From NCBI RefSeq assembly GCF_053102595.1, contig NZ_CM129850.1: DNA of 32,000 nt, one strand, 5' to 3'. Shown one piece after another: positions 18,683 through 28,640 of this stretch. The number at the start of each line of letters is the position of its first letter. Within the stretch, counting starts at the first letter, position 1. Made by a program: the position numbers and the translations under genes. A model generated the notes under the pieces. It was given only the letters and a program-made list of their open reading frames with translations. It was not told where the DNA came from and did not search any database.

Positions 18683-19834
18683 TTATGAACGAATGCCTTG
18701 AACGATAGCACTATCAGTATCAATAATGGTTTGTATTATTTGCTGTAATAAATTGAGTGCTTGATCTCTTCCTTGAACATCACGATTAATTTGATCCAGA
18801 TAGCTACTCATAACTGAATGCATGACATTTTTAGCCTGTTCAACAATGTCTTTTTCTGCATGAGTAGTGCTTTCTAGAAATCTAGATGTTGCTCGAATTG
18901 ATTCATTGCTAAGCTGTGAAAGTACATCTGCTTTACCTATAGTAAAATATTTATTATACCTATTGTTATGTTTTGTACTAATTTTCTCGTTTGTATCTCT
19001 AATCTTTTCTAGAGTAGTTTCTTTTTCTTTATCATAAGATTTCAGCGCCTCTTCTTTTTGTTCTTCATTAAGACTCGTATCTTTCGTTGTATTTTTTATT
19101 TTTTCATCTATTTGTTTGAGAGAAGCTTGTTGCTCTCGAACTTCCCTTTTTGACGCGCGCTGTACATCATCATCAGTTCTATTGATAGTATGCTCTTGGT
19201 CAGGTGTAAGGGTTACCATCTTTTCGGGATGGCTTCTGTAATTTGCTACGACAGATGCCGCGGCCCCGGCTGCGCCAACTCCTGACCCGATAATAACACC
19301 TACCGAACTTGCTGCTGTGGCGCGTTCGGTTTCTTTTCTCTGATACTGGACAAGTTGTTCAAAAACATTACTCATAATAGCCTCAGACATAGCAGAGGCT
19401 TTATACATTGATGTGAATACCCTTAAAAATTCCTCCATTACAACCTGTTGTCGCATGGTCAAATTATCTAGCATATCAAGGATATTAAATTTAGATATTT
19501 TAATGGTGGTCTGTTCTGTAGAACAGCTTGATTGACTGGATGTAATTGTAGCTTGGTCAAGGTCACCCCTCAAATTATCTAGCGTATTCCTTGAGTAATT
19601 AAGATTATCCAATAGTTTTACTCTTAGTTCCGGACAGACTTCTCTGTCTGTATTTTTTAATATTATAAACTGAGAGCTTATGTCATGCTTAATATCTTTA
19701 AGGTTATAGTATTGCACAATTTTATTATCATTTGGTATGTTGTTTTCTTTACCATAATCTCTATCAAAGGTTGTTTTATCGAGATTGTTAATATTATGTA
19801 TGCTGGTCGCATTTTTAATTTCATAGGTGGCCAT
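18683..19834 (-). CDS. eipC: Type III translocator EipC (SipC/IpaC family)
   Basis: Position between eipD and eipB. Hydrophobic segment SVGVIIGSGVGAAGAAASVVANY followed by a coiled-coil-rich C-terminus, as in IpaC/SipC. Confidence 0.85.
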   Translation of the reverse strand: MATYEIKNATSIHNINNLDKTTFDRDYGKENNIPNDNKIVQYYNLKDIKHDISSQFIILKNTDREVCPELRVKLLDNLNYSRNTLDNLRGDLDQATITSSQSSCSTEQTTIKISKFNILDMLDNLTMRQQVVMEEFLRVFTSMYKASAMSEAIMSNVFEQLVQYQRKETERATAASSVGVIIGSGVGAAGAAASVVANYRSHPEKMVTLTPDQEHTINRTDDDVQRASKREVREQQASLKQIDEKIKNTTKDTSLNEEQKEEALKSYDKEKETTLEKIRDTNEKISTKHNNRYNKYFTIGKADVLSQLSNESIRATSRFLESTTHAEKDIVEQAKNVMHSVMSSYLDQINRDVQGRDQALNLLQQIIQTIIDTDSAIVQGIRS

Positions 19835-19846
19835 GTTAGAACCCTC

Positions 19847-21628
19847 TTATACGATAGAATGGGAAGCAAATTTTAAGGCTTCAGTTCGGTGTTGTAGTAC
19901 TCTTACCATTTGGCTTACCTCTTGTTCGACGGTTTTATCCACCCTTTGCAATACTGAAAGCATTTGTTCACGCGTTTTTGATAGATTACTCATGTCCTGT
20001 TGTAAAATTGCCATGTCGGCAGAGTTTTCAGCAACACAGTAATTCATTATCGATGTTGCTGTTTCACAGATAAGTAAGCCTATTTTCTCCAGGCCATTGC
20101 TTATCTTGGCAATCAACTTCAAAACTACGACTGATGTTTGTATCATACTGCATACGCTGTCTAATACCTTTATAATATTTTTTGAAACGGAATTAATAAT
20201 AGATTCAATGGTTGATTTTATAGTGCTTGTTATTTCTTTGGTGACTTCTTCTGCGGCTGTTTTTGATAATGCAGAAACAACGGCCCCTATTGCTACAGAA
20301 CATATTACAGCTGCACCAATCATTACTGTCGCCATGACAATAGAAGCGGCTGCACTTGCGTAAATACTTTTAACCAGTTCAATCGTATCTTGATCGACAC
20401 CAATAACGTTCAGAAGCGCGGTGATTGCGAGCAGAGTGGGATCAACTGTTTTAATAGCAGCCGAAAGACCTTCTACAACTTTCCCTAAAATCCAGCCGGT
20501 AGCCGTGGTGCCCAGAGCGATTTGACAAGTGATATCAACACCTAATACCACTGCGCCCGCTATTCCACCAATAAGCGCCAGTGCACCCGCAATACTTGAA
20601 CCACCACTAGGAACTGCAGCAAGAAGACCAACAACAATTAAGATTGCACTCATGGCAATGGTAGCTACAGTTACACACTCATTAACGATTTTTAAAACTT
20701 TAGTCGTGGTAGTATATTTACGCGCTGTTTCATTAAGTTTATTTTCCCTAACATGGTTAATTTCTTTCATTACCTCAGATTGATTTTTAATGGATTCGCA
20801 ATTGGTATCACCAATAACTTCCATTACTGAGGTAATCAAAAGGATAAATGTGGCTGTCGCGTTTCTGTTTTTCTGGTTTTCCTGGGTCAGGCAAATATTG
20901 GTGGTGAAGTTATTAATCTGTTCTTGCTGTTGAATTTCATCAAAAATTTCCATACTTTGGCCGATCGCAGCATCAGCATCCATAATGGCTGTATTTAACG
21001 ATTTCTCAGCTAACGATTTTTTTTGTAATGACAGCGTGAGTGTTTTTTCAGCCGCATTCTTTTGCGTCAGTACTTTATTATATTGCGGATCGCCAGGTTG
21101 TAGTTGCGACAGCTCTTGATTCAATGTATTGACTTTTTTTTCCAGCGATTGCACCTTTTTATCGACCGCATTGTAATTATTGTTGGCCTGATGCATGATG
21201 TCGTCGGCTTTTTGCGCAGAATCTAATGACGAGGCGTAGGCGTCGCTTAATTCACGAAACTTATTATGTACCATTTCGTGTCGAAGCAGGGTGCTTTCAA
21301 GGTTATTATGCAATCGTGTTGTAATATCCTGATCGGCAATGCCTGTTAAATTACCCAAAATCATTGTCAGGCGGGCATCATTCGTCTTTGCTGTAGTGGC
21401 GTTGTCTGAATCTGAAACCTGCATTGCAGGCGGAGCAAGCATCGGTTTGTTTTCAAGACGAGCGCGAATATCGTTATCAAGGGATTTCGGGTTTTTATTA
21501 AGCCGCATGGGATCAACTTGCGTTTTGCTGCTGTCCTGCAGTCTTTTTTCCGCATCGCTATACTGTGTACGCAATGTTTCGCTGATTTGTTCAAACGTGA
21601 TCGTTTGTCCCGTAATCGGTGCCGACAT
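19847..21628 (-). CDS. eipB: Type III pore-forming translocator EipB (SipB/IpaB/YopB family)
   Basis: N-terminal coiled coils, then two long hydrophobic regions (CVTVATIAMSAILIVVGLLAAVPSGG... and AAASIVMATVMIGAAVICSVAIGAVVSAL). Organisation typical of IpaB/SipB. Confidence 0.9.
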   Translation of the reverse strand: MSAPITGQTITFEQISETLRTQYSDAEKRLQDSSKTQVDPMRLNKNPKSLDNDIRARLENKPMLAPPAMQVSDSDNATTAKTNDARLTMILGNLTGIADQDITTRLHNNLESTLLRHEMVHNKFRELSDAYASSLDSAQKADDIMHQANNNYNAVDKKVQSLEKKVNTLNQELSQLQPGDPQYNKVLTQKNAAEKTLTLSLQKKSLAEKSLNTAIMDADAAIGQSMEIFDEIQQQEQINNFTTNICLTQENQKNRNATATFILLITSVMEVIGDTNCESIKNQSEVMKEINHVRENKLNETARKYTTTTKVLKIVNECVTVATIAMSAILIVVGLLAAVPSGGSSIAGALALIGGIAGAVVLGVDITCQIALGTTATGWILGKVVEGLSAAIKTVDPTLLAITALLNVIGVDQDTIELVKSIYASAAASIVMATVMIGAAVICSVAIGAVVSALSKTAAEEVTKEITSTIKSTIESIINSVSKNIIKVLDSVCSMIQTSVVVLKLIAKISNGLEKIGLLICETATSIMNYCVAENSADMAILQQDMSNLSKTREQMLSVLQRVDKTVEQEVSQMVRVLQHRTEALKFASHSIV

Positions 21629-21631
21629 AAT

Positions 21632-21643
21632 TCACCTCCTTTT
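21632..21643 (-). promoter_or_regulatory. Near-ideal Shine-Dalgarno for eipB
   Basis: On the minus strand AAAAGGAGGTGA-ATT-ATG, with full anti-SD complementarity just upstream of the eipB start. Confidence 0.8.
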
Positions 21644-21683
21644 TAAGCTATCACCGGGTGTAATTAATTCTTTTTTATTTAAC

Positions 21684-21866
21684 TCATGGCAAATGTTTAT
21701 TCCCATCTAAAATGGCATCAACGGGACAGTAAGTAATGTGTTTATTGTTATTCTTCTCATTTATTTTATCGCCATGGTTATTTTTTAAATCAACCGGGGC
21801 TTCCTCATGATATTTCCTGGCTAGCTCTTCAGGCGTAAAAGAAGCGTTTTTTCCGTTTATCTTCAT
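21684..21866 (-). CDS. Hypothetical 60-aa small protein encoded between the chaperone and eipB
   Basis: Hydrophilic ORF MKINGKNASFTPEELARKYHEEAPVDLKNNHGDKINEKNNNKHITYCPVDAILDGNKHLP. Its ATG is 9 nt after the eicA stop. Same strand as the operon, no overlap with other genes. Confidence 0.5.
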   Translation of the reverse strand: MKINGKNASFTPEELARKYHEEAPVDLKNNHGDKINEKNNNKHITYCPVDAILDGNKHLP

Positions 21867-21875
21867 TTTGCTGAC

Positions 21876-22373
21876 TCACTCTGTTTGAACTTCCTCTTCG
21901 GTGTTGGCTGTCAAAAGTTCAAGATAAGCAGTAGCCATCTCTTTAACTTTTTCATTTTGACTGTAGGTTACGACTGTATTAAATAACTCCGTGGCCATTT
22001 TAATGTTTTTTAAGCCCATCTGGCATTGACCCATATAATAAACCAAAGAGAAATCGTTATCGGGAGATAGCATTAAACAGATATGATACATGTCAAATGC
22101 CTTTTGATAATCTTTCTTCAACTGACAAACGGCGGCATATCCTTTTAAGTAGTTATAATTTTGGAAATCATAAATACAGAGAAATTTAAAAAAGAGTTCA
22201 GCTTCGTCAAGTCTTCCTTTTTCATAAAAGTTATAAGCGTAAGCATAAACGCCTTCAAGGGTATCCGGAGTAATGCCATGCAGCTCTGCAAGTGTTGCTC
22301 CCATACCTAGTGCACGTTCGAACTTACTGGCAATTTCTTTATTTTCTTCTAAATCCAGATTTGCGCTTTCCAT
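21876..22373 (-). CDS. eicA: Class II T3SS translocator chaperone EicA (SycD/LcrH/SicA/IpgC family, TPR)
   Basis: Sequence LEGVYAYAYNFYEKGRLDEAELFFKFLCIYDFQNYNYLKGYAAVCQLKKDYQKAFDMYHICLMLSPDNDFSLVYYMGQCQM is diagnostic of the SicA/IpgC TPR family. Confidence 0.93.
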   Translation of the reverse strand: MESANLDLEENKEIASKFERALGMGATLAELHGITPDTLEGVYAYAYNFYEKGRLDEAELFFKFLCIYDFQNYNYLKGYAAVCQLKKDYQKAFDMYHICLMLSPDNDFSLVYYMGQCQMGLKNIKMATELFNTVVTYSQNEKVKEMATAYLELLTANTEEEVQTE

Positions 22374-22674
22374 CTCTACTCTCTCCTTTCGAACATTCTT
22401 TGTTCAGACTTCACCATTTTTTAGAGGGTGGTGATATCAAAATTCGCTCATTTTTATGCCCATCCGTTGGGCTTCGTTTTCTGCATTAAAAACAAGTATT
22501 GTTTCAATGAGATAAGATTTTCTATGTGATGAAATGAAAATAATGTAGAGGGAAATTTATCCACAATCCTGATGAACTGGTTCAATTTTGATTGGAATTT
22601 GAAAAAGCAGGTGATTTACTGATGTGCGAGCTTAAGTCAGCGGCTGCTGGCCTGAGCGCGGAGGTGTGCGAAAT

Positions 22675-22968
22675 TTACATATCCGGGCATTCCACCTTAC
22701 CCAGCGCTTCCCAGTAGTTATTCTGATTATTACGCTCCATCGCCACAATAGCTTCACGGATATGTTGTTTGTTACTCTCATCAGACAACATTAATTTTTC
22801 CCACGCTTCGTCTGATAATGACGCCTGTGGCGTGCAAATTTTACGTAAATCTTGCAATACCGTGGTTTTCTCTTTTGCCGACTGTAGCGAACTGAATGGC
22901 GACTCGGCCTGAGAAATGGCTGGAAAAGTCAGGAATACGGTAATCATGAGTAGCATCGTTGGCTTCAT
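22675..22968 (-). CDS. yicS: YicS, small secreted/periplasmic protein of unknown function
   Basis: MKPTMLLMITVFLTFPAISQAESPFSS... with signal peptide (internal ATG at 22968 chosen over 23037). Synteny with nlpA. Confidence 0.88.
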   Translation of the reverse strand: MKPTMLLMITVFLTFPAISQAESPFSSLQSAKEKTTVLQDLRKICTPQASLSDEAWEKLMLSDESNKQHIREAIVAMERNNQNNYWEALGKVECPDM

Positions 22969-23178
22969 AGCGGCAACCTTCTGCAAATGTGCATCGAATG
23001 AAGCATAAGTGTAGTTTGCTTTTACCGCTCTCATCATGCTGTACGAAAGGTGTTTGCGTGGTCAGTAAGAAGTGCCAGTTTTTTTATACCTTTTTCTTCT
23101 ATTCGATAGCTTTTCGTTTTTTAAATCGTAGTGATCTTGCCATTATAGTCAGTTAATGATTAAAAAAAGGATAAAAAA

Positions 23179-23997
23179 GTGAAACTGACAACACATCATC
23201 TACGGGCGGGGGCCGCATTATTGCTGGCAGGAGTTCTGCTGGCAGGTTGCGACCAGAGTAGCAGCGATGCAAAACACATTAAAGTTGGCGTTATAAATGG
23301 CGCAGAACAAGATGTCGCGGAAGTCGCTAAAAAGGTGGCAAAAGAGAAATATGGCCTCGATGTTGAACTGGTAGGATTTAGCGGTTCGTTGCTACCGAAC
23401 GATGCGACAAATCATGGCGAGCTTGATGCGAACGTCTTCCAGCATCGGCCCTTTCTTGAACAAGATAATCAGGCGCATGGTTATAAACTGGTAGCGGTGG
23501 GAAATACGTTTGTCTTCCCTATGGCGGGTTATTCCAAAAAAATCAAAACCGTGGCGCAAATAAAAGAAGGCGCGACAGTGGCGATCCCCAACGACCCGAC
23601 CAACCTTGGTCGCGCGCTTTTACTGTTGCAAAAAGAGAAGCTAATTACTCTGAAAGAGGGAAAAGGGTTACTACCTACCGCGCTGGATATAACCGATAAT
23701 CCTCGTCATTTGCAGATTATGGAACTCGAGGGGGCGCAGCTCCCGCGCGTACTGGATGATCCCAAAGTTGATGTGGCAATTATCAGCACCACTTACATTC
23801 AGCAGACCGGGCTTTCTCCGGTGCACGACAGCGTATTTATTGAAGATAAAAATTCGCCGTATGTGAATATTTTGGTGGCACGGGAAGATAATAAGAATGC
23901 AGAAAACGTGAAGGAATTTCTGCAATCTTATCAATCATCCGAAGTCGCTAAAGCGGCAGAAACCATCTTTAACGGTGGCGCGGTGCCTGGCTGGTAA
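23179..23997 (+). CDS. nlpA: Lipoprotein-28 NlpA, NlpA/MetQ-family inner-membrane lipoprotein
   Basis: Lipobox LLAGC, MetQ-like body GVINGAEQDVAEVAKKVAKEKYGLDVELVGFS. Confidence 0.95.
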   Translation: MKLTTHHLRAGAALLLAGVLLAGCDQSSSDAKHIKVGVINGAEQDVAEVAKKVAKEKYGLDVELVGFSGSLLPNDATNHGELDANVFQHRPFLEQDNQAHGYKLVAVGNTFVFPMAGYSKKIKTVAQIKEGATVAIPNDPTNLGRALLLLQKEKLITLKEGKGLLPTALDITDNPRHLQIMELEGAQLPRVLDDPKVDVAIISTTYIQQTGLSPVHDSVFIEDKNSPYVNILVAREDNKNAENVKEFLQSYQSSEVAKAAETIFNGGAVPGW

Positions 23998-24000
23998 TTC

Positions 24001-24924
24001 TCACTCATCCCGCGCCGGACGATTTATTTTTCTGGCGCGGCGACGGGAATCCATTGAAATCAAAATTACCGATGACAGAATCAGCAGCGTTCCCAGCCAG
24101 TCCGGTAATGTGAACGTGATCCCCAGCAACAGCAAAGAGAGTAGCGCGCTACTTAATGGTTCTGCACAGCTCAAAATGCTGGCTTTTGGACCGCCAATTA
24201 ATTGTGCTCCTTTCAGGTACAGGCTAAATGTCAGAGATGTACCAATGACCACCAAATAAAAAAACGCCAGAATCAAACTGCCGTTAACGACAAAGTTTGT
24301 TCCTTGTCTGGCATAAAAAGGCAACAGAATCAGACCGCCGATCAGCATACTCCAGCCGACGACAGGCAACGTGCCATAGCGGGCAATCAGCGTTGAGGGA
24401 TAGGTGGTATAGAATGCAGCAGCAAATGCCGAGGCAATGCCCCAGAATAACGCGGCAGGAGAGATCGATAATGACGTCGGATTACCGTGTGTCACCAATA
24501 AAAAAGTCCCGACCAGCGATGTCAAAATAGCGCAAAAAACCAGAATGCCCGGGCGCGATTTACGTACCAGTGAGAACCAGGCGACGATAATCGTCGGTGA
24601 GAGGAATTGCAGCACCGTTGCCGTGGCTGCGTTCGATTTTTCGATGGTTAGCAAAAAAGTGAGCTGTACGGTTAGTGCGCCAACCACGGAAAAAATCAGC
24701 AGACTAATGGCATCTTTGTGATTGTTAATAATAGAAAAGATTTTATCGCCATGAACAAATGACAGCGTCAGCAGAATCAAACCGGCGAATATCAAACGCG
24801 TCATAGTCAAAAACTGCGACGACATCTGGCTTTGCTCCATGATGTATTGCGCGCAGACCCCTGAACTTCCCCACAACACGGCGGCAATCAGAACGTTCAG
24901 CATCCCCTTTCTGGTGGAACCCAT
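24001..24924 (-). CDS. yicL: EamA/DMT-family transporter YicL
   Basis: 10-TM EamA-type sequence [34 protein letters not shown]..., convergent with nlpA. Confidence 0.9.
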
Positions 24925-25034
24925 TTTTCCCTCTGCATACTGTTTTGTCGTTTATGTATGCAGGCATGATAGCAAAAATGGCGAGGATGGCTCTGTTTGC
25001 GCCACGCCGATTTTTCTTAGCCCAGACTGGTGAG

Positions 25035-26219
25035 CTAAATATCTTTAATAAACAGCAGGCAAATCATCGCAATACCCAACATCCCTATCGCCAGCCAGAA
25101 CAACGCGTGGTAGCTCCAGATTTCAACCATAATTCCGTCAACAGAGCCGGCGATAATCCAGCCGACGCGTGAAGTATTTGCATATAACGTTGTCGCAGAG
25201 CCTATTTTTTCAGGCATCAGGTCCTGAAAATAAAGCATGCCGATACCACAAAGAATGCCGAGAAAGATGGCATTAAGAATTTGCAATTCCAGCTCAACCG
25301 CCGGAGTCGTCGCCATGAGTACGCTGGCGTAAAAACACATTCCACTCACGATAGCAATGAGCATTAATAGTCGCTTGCCAATACGTTTCATGTAATAGCC
25401 TGCGATTAACATCATCGGAATTTCCAGACCGGCAGCGATACCAATCATTTCTCCAGCCAGTTTATCGGTTAGATGCAGTTCATCAATAATAAATAGCGGC
25501 ATATTTATCATGTAGAGATTATTCGCCGCCCACATCATTGAACAGACCACAAAAAGTAGCCGCGTATCTCGCTTTCTATGGATGGAGGGTAAAATTTCTA
25601 CGGGTTGGGTAACGACAGGAACATTTCTTTGTATTGATGGCAAAAACAACCAGACTATCAGCCCGCAAACAACAAATGCGATGGCAGCGGTGAGATACAT
25701 CACTTTAAAACTAAATCCCATTGCCAGTTCATAAGCGAGCGGTGGCCCGATAACCCAGGCAAGCGAGATCTGAGCACGTAAAAATGTACTGAACATGACC
25801 GTCTCACGGCCTGTTCTATCGGCGTGTTCACGGGCGAGGGCGAACATTTGCGGGTTTGCGGTGGAAGCAAAACTACTCAGAAGTACGCCCGTTGAGAGCA
25901 GAATGAAGTAGTTGCGATTCCACGCAAAAAGCGTGCAGGCCAGCACTCCAAATAAGCAACATAGCAGGATCAGTAATTTACGGTCGCCTTGTTTATCGGA
26001 GTGCCTTGCCAGAAATTGACTGACCAGAATTCCCATAATAGCGCTACCGGTGAAGAAAAAACCTACCATTATAGGACGGGCTTTCAGTTCATCTGCGAGG
26101 AATATACTTAGGGTAGGAGTCTGAAGAGCGCCCGCAATACCCGTCAGAAAGGCGACAAGTAAAAATGCCGCGGCAGTGAGATCAAGTATTTTTGATGGAG
26201 TGGTAGCCGTTTTTTGCAT
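25035..26219 (-). CDS. setC: MFS sugar efflux transporter SetC
   Basis: SET-family MFS sequence (LADELKARPIMVGFFFTGSAIMGILVSQFLARHSDKQGDRK). Synteny with yicL. Confidence 0.93.
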   Translation of the reverse strand: MQKTATTPSKILDLTAAAFLLVAFLTGIAGALQTPTLSIFLADELKARPIMVGFFFTGSAIMGILVSQFLARHSDKQGDRKLLILLCCLFGVLACTLFAWNRNYFILLSTGVLLSSFASTANPQMFALAREHADRTGRETVMFSTFLRAQISLAWVIGPPLAYELAMGFSFKVMYLTAAIAFVVCGLIVWLFLPSIQRNVPVVTQPVEILPSIHRKRDTRLLFVVCSMMWAANNLYMINMPLFIIDELHLTDKLAGEMIGIAAGLEIPMMLIAGYYMKRIGKRLLMLIAIVSGMCFYASVLMATTPAVELELQILNAIFLGILCGIGMLYFQDLMPEKIGSATTLYANTSRVGWIIAGSVDGIMVEIWSYHALFWLAIGMLGIAMICLLFIKDI

Positions 26220-26856
26220 TCTTCTGAATCACCGGGCGACAAAATATAACTGAGTTACAAATAAGTACCAGTCGAATGAGTATTGTATTAAGAATTTTTG
26301 AGTATCGCTGATACAACCAGAAAACAATGCTAGCGCAATATTATAGGGCCAGCAATTGAGATTATTAGCAAAAGCATGTTAAGAATTAATCACCGAATTT
26401 ATATATTAATTATAGTAAGGCAATGAGCTATTTTTGATAGTAAAAATAAAACAAGTTGATTTGATATATTAAATGAACAAATTAATCTTGATGGCAGTCT
26501 GATTATTGGTGAAGTTTATAGGTCAGTTTTTTTGCCAGCTGTTAAAGGAATAGAACAGTCGTATAAAAAAAGGGTGTTCTGGAGCGTGTAAAACAACATC
26601 TTCACCTTAATGGCGATACAGTTGGCTGAGAGTCAGCAGGGGGGAAAATCACCTGTAAATAAACACGGCGCATGCTGGCGCGAATATCGCGGATGCGTTC
26701 GAGGACAGAAGAACCGACAGGCGGATTCTTCAGCTGCTCATCGTCCATCACAAAACCTTTGACCAGGTATTCCTGAAGCCGATTGAATATTGAGCAGTAT
26801 AAAATATCTGGATTGACAGTATTACGAGGGGTTGGAGAACGTATGAAGAGGCATTT

Positions 26857-26880
26857 TGGCGGAAGATCACAGGAGTCGAA
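26857..26880 (-). mobile_element. Partial duplicate of the selC (tRNA-Sec) 3' end: att-site scar of an integrated island
   Basis: tggcggaagatcacaggagtcgaa is the reverse complement of TTCGACTCCTGTGATCTTCCGCCA, the 3' end of E. coli selC. The match ends after 24 nt and no tRNA body follows. Confidence 0.88.
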
Positions 26881-27015
26881 TATAAGTGTTAATGTGTTGA
26901 TTTTAAATGGTTAATGTGGGTTGGACAAATGAGTAACCCCCATAAGAACCCCCAAATGACTTTGCGTAAGGGAATGGGGCTAAAATACACAATCGAATCA
27001 ATTCTTAGAGCTTTA

Positions 27016-27858
27016 TTATGAAGGTAACACTCCCGGATAGTGTTTCGCAATAATATCATTCAGCCTGTCAACCAGTTCTGGTTTCCTGAACGTGATGTGC
27101 GCGGAGCCTTTCTTAAAGTATTTAATTCTGAACATTTCATCTTCATAGCGCTCTTTACCCTGAACGGACTGGATGTGACCATCCAGACGAATAGTGATGT
27201 TTTCCCGGTTGTCGGGGATCGGTTTGCCGCTGAACAGATGTAGCATTCTTTCCAGGTCGACGAGTCGGTCAGTCTGTTGCCCGGTGATAAGATGAAACCC
27301 CCACCGGTCCCACCTCACCAGGTTGTTGACGATAATTTTACTGCCAAATTTGCAGGGGCAATTGGTTTTGTAATTCCAGCTCAGTCCCCTGAAGACGTTG
27401 ATCACCCCTCGCTCAAACACCTCATCCTTATTCTGGTGTAGTTGTTCAAATGTGCTCAGAATGTTCGCTTCACTGATTTCCGGAAAATTATCGTACTCCA
27501 GTGACCGGTACCATGTATCACGGGCCTGTGCATCCATTAAGGAAAGCATCCCTGAACGTTGCATCAGGTCACGCCAGATTTCGCGATCGAGATTGCGTGT
27601 GATGGCTTTCATTGCGGTTTCCGGTTTCTCCATCAGCCAGCAGCCGCAGCGAAAATCCTGTTTCATGGCCCAGTCCGGGGCGGCTTTACCGCCAATACTT
27701 TCTGTCATTGCTGATATTTCAGCCAGTTGCCGGATAAGTGTGTCGATTTGCAGCAGTGTACTCTTTCGTACAGCCAGAATGTGGCGGATACTGGTTGAGC
27801 AGATAACGTCCGTATGCCCGGTGACCACTTCCGGACGGGAGATTGTGATGTCTGACAT
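27016..27858 (-). CDS. DUF4942 domain-containing protein
   Basis: 280-aa sequence of the type found at the end of yeeUV-like modules (DRWGFHLITGQQTDRLVDLERMLHLFSGKPIPDNRENITIRLDGHI). Confidence 0.8.
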   Translation of the reverse strand: MSDITISRPEVVTGHTDVICSTSIRHILAVRKSTLLQIDTLIRQLAEISAMTESIGGKAAPDWAMKQDFRCGCWLMEKPETAMKAITRNLDREIWRDLMQRSGMLSLMDAQARDTWYRSLEYDNFPEISEANILSTFEQLHQNKDEVFERGVINVFRGLSWNYKTNCPCKFGSKIIVNNLVRWDRWGFHLITGQQTDRLVDLERMLHLFSGKPIPDNRENITIRLDGHIQSVQGKERYEDEMFRIKYFKKGSAHITFRKPELVDRLNDIIAKHYPGVLPS

Positions 27859-27942
27859 TATCGGTTTCCCTTTTGGTTTATAAACGAAAACGCCAGCCCT
27901 GTTCAGGCTGACGTCAGTGGAATGAAGTATGGTGAGTGATAT

Positions 27943-28140
27943 TTACCGGTTCTGGTGCAGAAGCTGCAGATGACGAAGAGTACGGACATCCTCCCGGGCC
28001 TGTTCGATACAGGGCAACAGTGCTGCCGAATCCGTTTTATCCTCATCGTTGTCAAAGATAATTCCCGATTCGCAGTCGATATTGTCCTGCAGCCACGCAA
28101 TGAGGATATCCAGCGCTGTTTCAGTGGTTAATGATTTCAT
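27943..28140 (-). CDS. DUF957 family (YeeW-like) small protein
   Basis: MKSLTTETALDILIAWLQDNIDCESGIIFDNDEDKTDSAALLPCIEQAREDVRTLRHLQLL, in the usual position after cbtA. Confidence 0.8.
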   Translation of the reverse strand: MKSLTTETALDILIAWLQDNIDCESGIIFDNDEDKTDSAALLPCIEQAREDVRTLRHLQLLHQNR

Positions 28141-28151
28141 GTTGTTTCTGG

Positions 28152-28640
28152 TTACCAGTTGAAAGTAGGTAAACCCGGCAGGCATTCAGCGCTGGCATCC
28201 AGATGAATGAGACTGACGCCATAACGCCGGATAAGTGTGACAACCAGACGGCGGAACATTTTTGACAGCCCCAGGCGTTTAAGCCGCAGAACCGGGTATG
28301 ACCACGCATCGGTACGTAACAGATATCCGCTACCTGTAAAATGAATCCATTCTGATTCACCGAAGTCACTGATCTGGTGCGACAGCGAGTACAGCCAGGC
28401 GTTGTCCTTGTCTGTGATATGCGCGGTACTGCAGCGTATGCCGGTAAGGGTTGTTAACGGTGGTGGTGTGCAGGTTGACTGTTGGTCGGAGTCATCCACC
28501 ACACGGAGTGAATAACCGTTTTCAGCGACCTTGTTAATCAGTTCAGTGAGATTAACACCATCGACGTCAACGACAATTCGCCCCATGTTCAGCGCCTGCA
28601 CGTTAACGCTGTCGGCTTCCAGTGTCAGGGCCAGTTTCAT
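28152..28640 (-). CDS. DUF5983 family protein
   Basis: MKLALTLEADSVNVQALNMGRIVVDVDGVNLTELINKVAENGYSLRVVDDSD..., overlapping the cbtA stop with ATGA. Confidence 0.75.
   Translation of the reverse strand: MKLALTLEADSVNVQALNMGRIVVDVDGVNLTELINKVAENGYSLRVVDDSDQQSTCTPPPLTTLTGIRCSTAHITDKDNAWLYSLSHQISDFGESEWIHFTGSGYLLRTDAWSYPVLRLKRLGLSKMFRRLVVTLIRRYGVSLIHLDASAECLPGLPTFNW

Noticed and set aside
27040-27243. Plus-strand ORFs inside the DUF4942 gene (27040..27243, 27398..27883)
   Set aside because: Antisense to a conserved ORF with no independent support.
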